7,227 bases of DNA from a virus (taxonomy: Duplodnaviria; Heunggongvirae; Uroviricota; Caudoviricetes), in IMG/VR virus record IMGVR_UViG_2531839586_000020, positions 1 to 7,227 of that record; one strand, given 5' to 3'. The stretch's first letter is position 1. Each line of letters begins with the position of its first letter. Of this stretch, positions 6,193-7,227 are shown one piece after another. Position numbers and translations under genes: made by a program. The notes under the pieces were generated by a model, which did no database searches, was not told the origin of the DNA, and saw only the letters and a program-made list of their open reading frames with translations.

Positions 6193-7227
6193 TCAAGGGG
6201 GTGAGATTGTAGAGGCGTTACCTTGTTCTATCACACCAGACCTAATCTTATAACTACCAAGGATGTTGACCGTTTTATTATTTTTCATCGCGTCAAAAAT
6301 TAAGCCTATTTCATCAGGATCATTGATAAAACTGGTATCAACATAGATCGGGAATGAATCATCACCTGTTGGCTCATGGCAGCTTAACGTTAGCTTATCG
6401 GCTGAGCGTTTTATACTATCAATGACAACTTCCAATGTTTGCTGCTCTGACTTAGCCTTTTCAATTGGGTTCTTGATGATTTCTTGAACCTGACCTTGCG
6501 AAAGCTCAATATTGCTGGCCCCGCGGATCGTCACTTTGTCTGCATCAGATGCACCTTTAAGAACTCCAGTGTATGCCTTAGCTGTGTGCTCTTGGATACC
6601 TTCGGCGCGCTCTATCGTATCAATACCTTCATGTGCTTTTATTGCAGACAGCATACCATCGCGTAGAATTGTCATCCGCTCGGATTCTGCTCGCTGTTTT
6701 GCTTCTTCCAGTTGTAACTCAATAGTTTTGGTTTCGACTTGTGTCTGATGATCTAAGTAGGACGTACCGACCCATGCGCCGCCTAAAACTAAGACAGCAA
6801 ACAGGAAACACATTGTTTTCTGTCTTGGGCTCATACCTTGCGTTACCTTCTCAAATGCGTTACCAAAGGAATCAATAAGTTCTTTAACTGAGGTGATAAT
6901 TTCTGTGCAGCCAGGATTGATAGTAAAAACCAACTCTGCAGCTTCTCGATCCTCAGCAGTGAGCTTCTGTAAGTTAGAGGTTTTGTACTTGATTAGAGTA
7001 AAAACCTTGTACATCTCAGTTTGAAATTCACAGATACCCTGTGCCAAACTTGCAGGCAGAGTACCATTATACTTATCTTCATCACCAAAAAATTTGAAAT
7101 CAATACTTTCTAAGAAGTTTAACTTCAAATTTTCAATGTGGATTTCTTCGCCTGAAATAACTCGTCCGAAAATATTTTCTATATCATCAATATCATTGAT
7201 TTCATAGGCCTGAATTGCATCTTCCAT
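6193..7227 (-). CDS. Hypothetical membrane-anchored protein (at least 344 aa), AT-rich cargo gene A; function unknown
   Basis: 1035-nt ORF on the minus strand, stop TGA at 6195-6193. The ATG is the last three bases of the window (7227-7225), so the RBS and promoter are not visible and the true start could be upstream. Acidic N-terminal region, one hydrophobic segment MCFLFAVLVLGGAWVGTSY (residues about 139-157, coded about 6757-6813) with basic residues on its N-side (SPRQKT), then a roughly 185-aa C-terminal domain ending ISPP. No Walker, nuclease or other motif recognised. Confidence 0.7.
   Translation of the reverse strand: MEDAIQAYEINDIDDIENIFGRVISGEEIHIENLKLNFLESIDFKFFGDEDKYNGTLPASLAQGICEFQTEMYKVFTLIKYKTSNLQKLTAEDREAAELVFTINPGCTEIITSVKELIDSFGNAFEKVTQGMSPRQKTMCFLFAVLVLGGAWVGTSYLDHQTQVETKTIELQLEEAKQRAESERMTILRDGMLSAIKAHEGIDTIERAEGIQEHTAKAYTGVLKGASDADKVTIRGASNIELSQGQVQEIIKNPIEKAKSEQQTLEVVIDSIKRSADKLTLSCHEPTGDDSFPIYVDTSFINDPDEIGLIFDAMKNNKTVNILGSYKIRSGVIEQGNASTISPP

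Larger units (their letters stand above)
1..7227. mobile_element. Partial lambdoid (lambda-like) prophage: tail tip / tail fibre module (J-lom-stf-tfa) plus downstream cargo region; neither prophage end is in the window
   Basis: Gene order and protein sequences J C-terminus, Lom, Stf, Tfa closely resemble phage lambda (recalled, not searched). No integrase or att site in window. Confidence 0.85.

Noticed and set aside
1-7227. CRISPR array, tRNA or rRNA genes, integrase/att site, IS element
   Set aside because: No regularly spaced direct repeats, no tRNA-like cloverleaf candidates noticed, and no ORF resembling an integrase or transposase; I could not run a dedicated scanner, so small RNAs are not excluded.

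Overview
This 7.2 kb window reads as the tail-fibre end of a lambda-like (lambdoid) prophage from an enterobacterial host, followed by a compositionally foreign two-gene cargo cassette. On the plus strand: the in-frame 3' end of tail tip gene J (1-492), an intrinsic terminator, lom (560-1140, several frame disruptions), a second terminator, a long side-tail-fibre gene stf (1205-4585, about 1126 codons if intact, but broken by a cluster of frame changes at about 1370-1830 and a single-base deletion near 3960), and an intact tfa (4585-5169) overlapping the stf stop as TAATG. After a GC-rich hairpin (5184-5216), GC content drops from roughly 50-65% to roughly 30-40% (hand counts on sample stretches) and two minus-strand ORFs appear, convergent with tfa (6193-7227, 344 aa; 5336-6094, 252 aa). 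Both look like single-pass membrane proteins with no motif I recognise. This cassette sits in the classic variable (moron) position downstream of tfa and is the most likely place for an undescribed accessory system, for example phage exclusion or another lysogenic-conversion function; its function is unassigned. All homology statements are from memory of phage lambda proteins, not from a search. No rRNA, tRNA, CRISPR array, integrase or transposase was seen.
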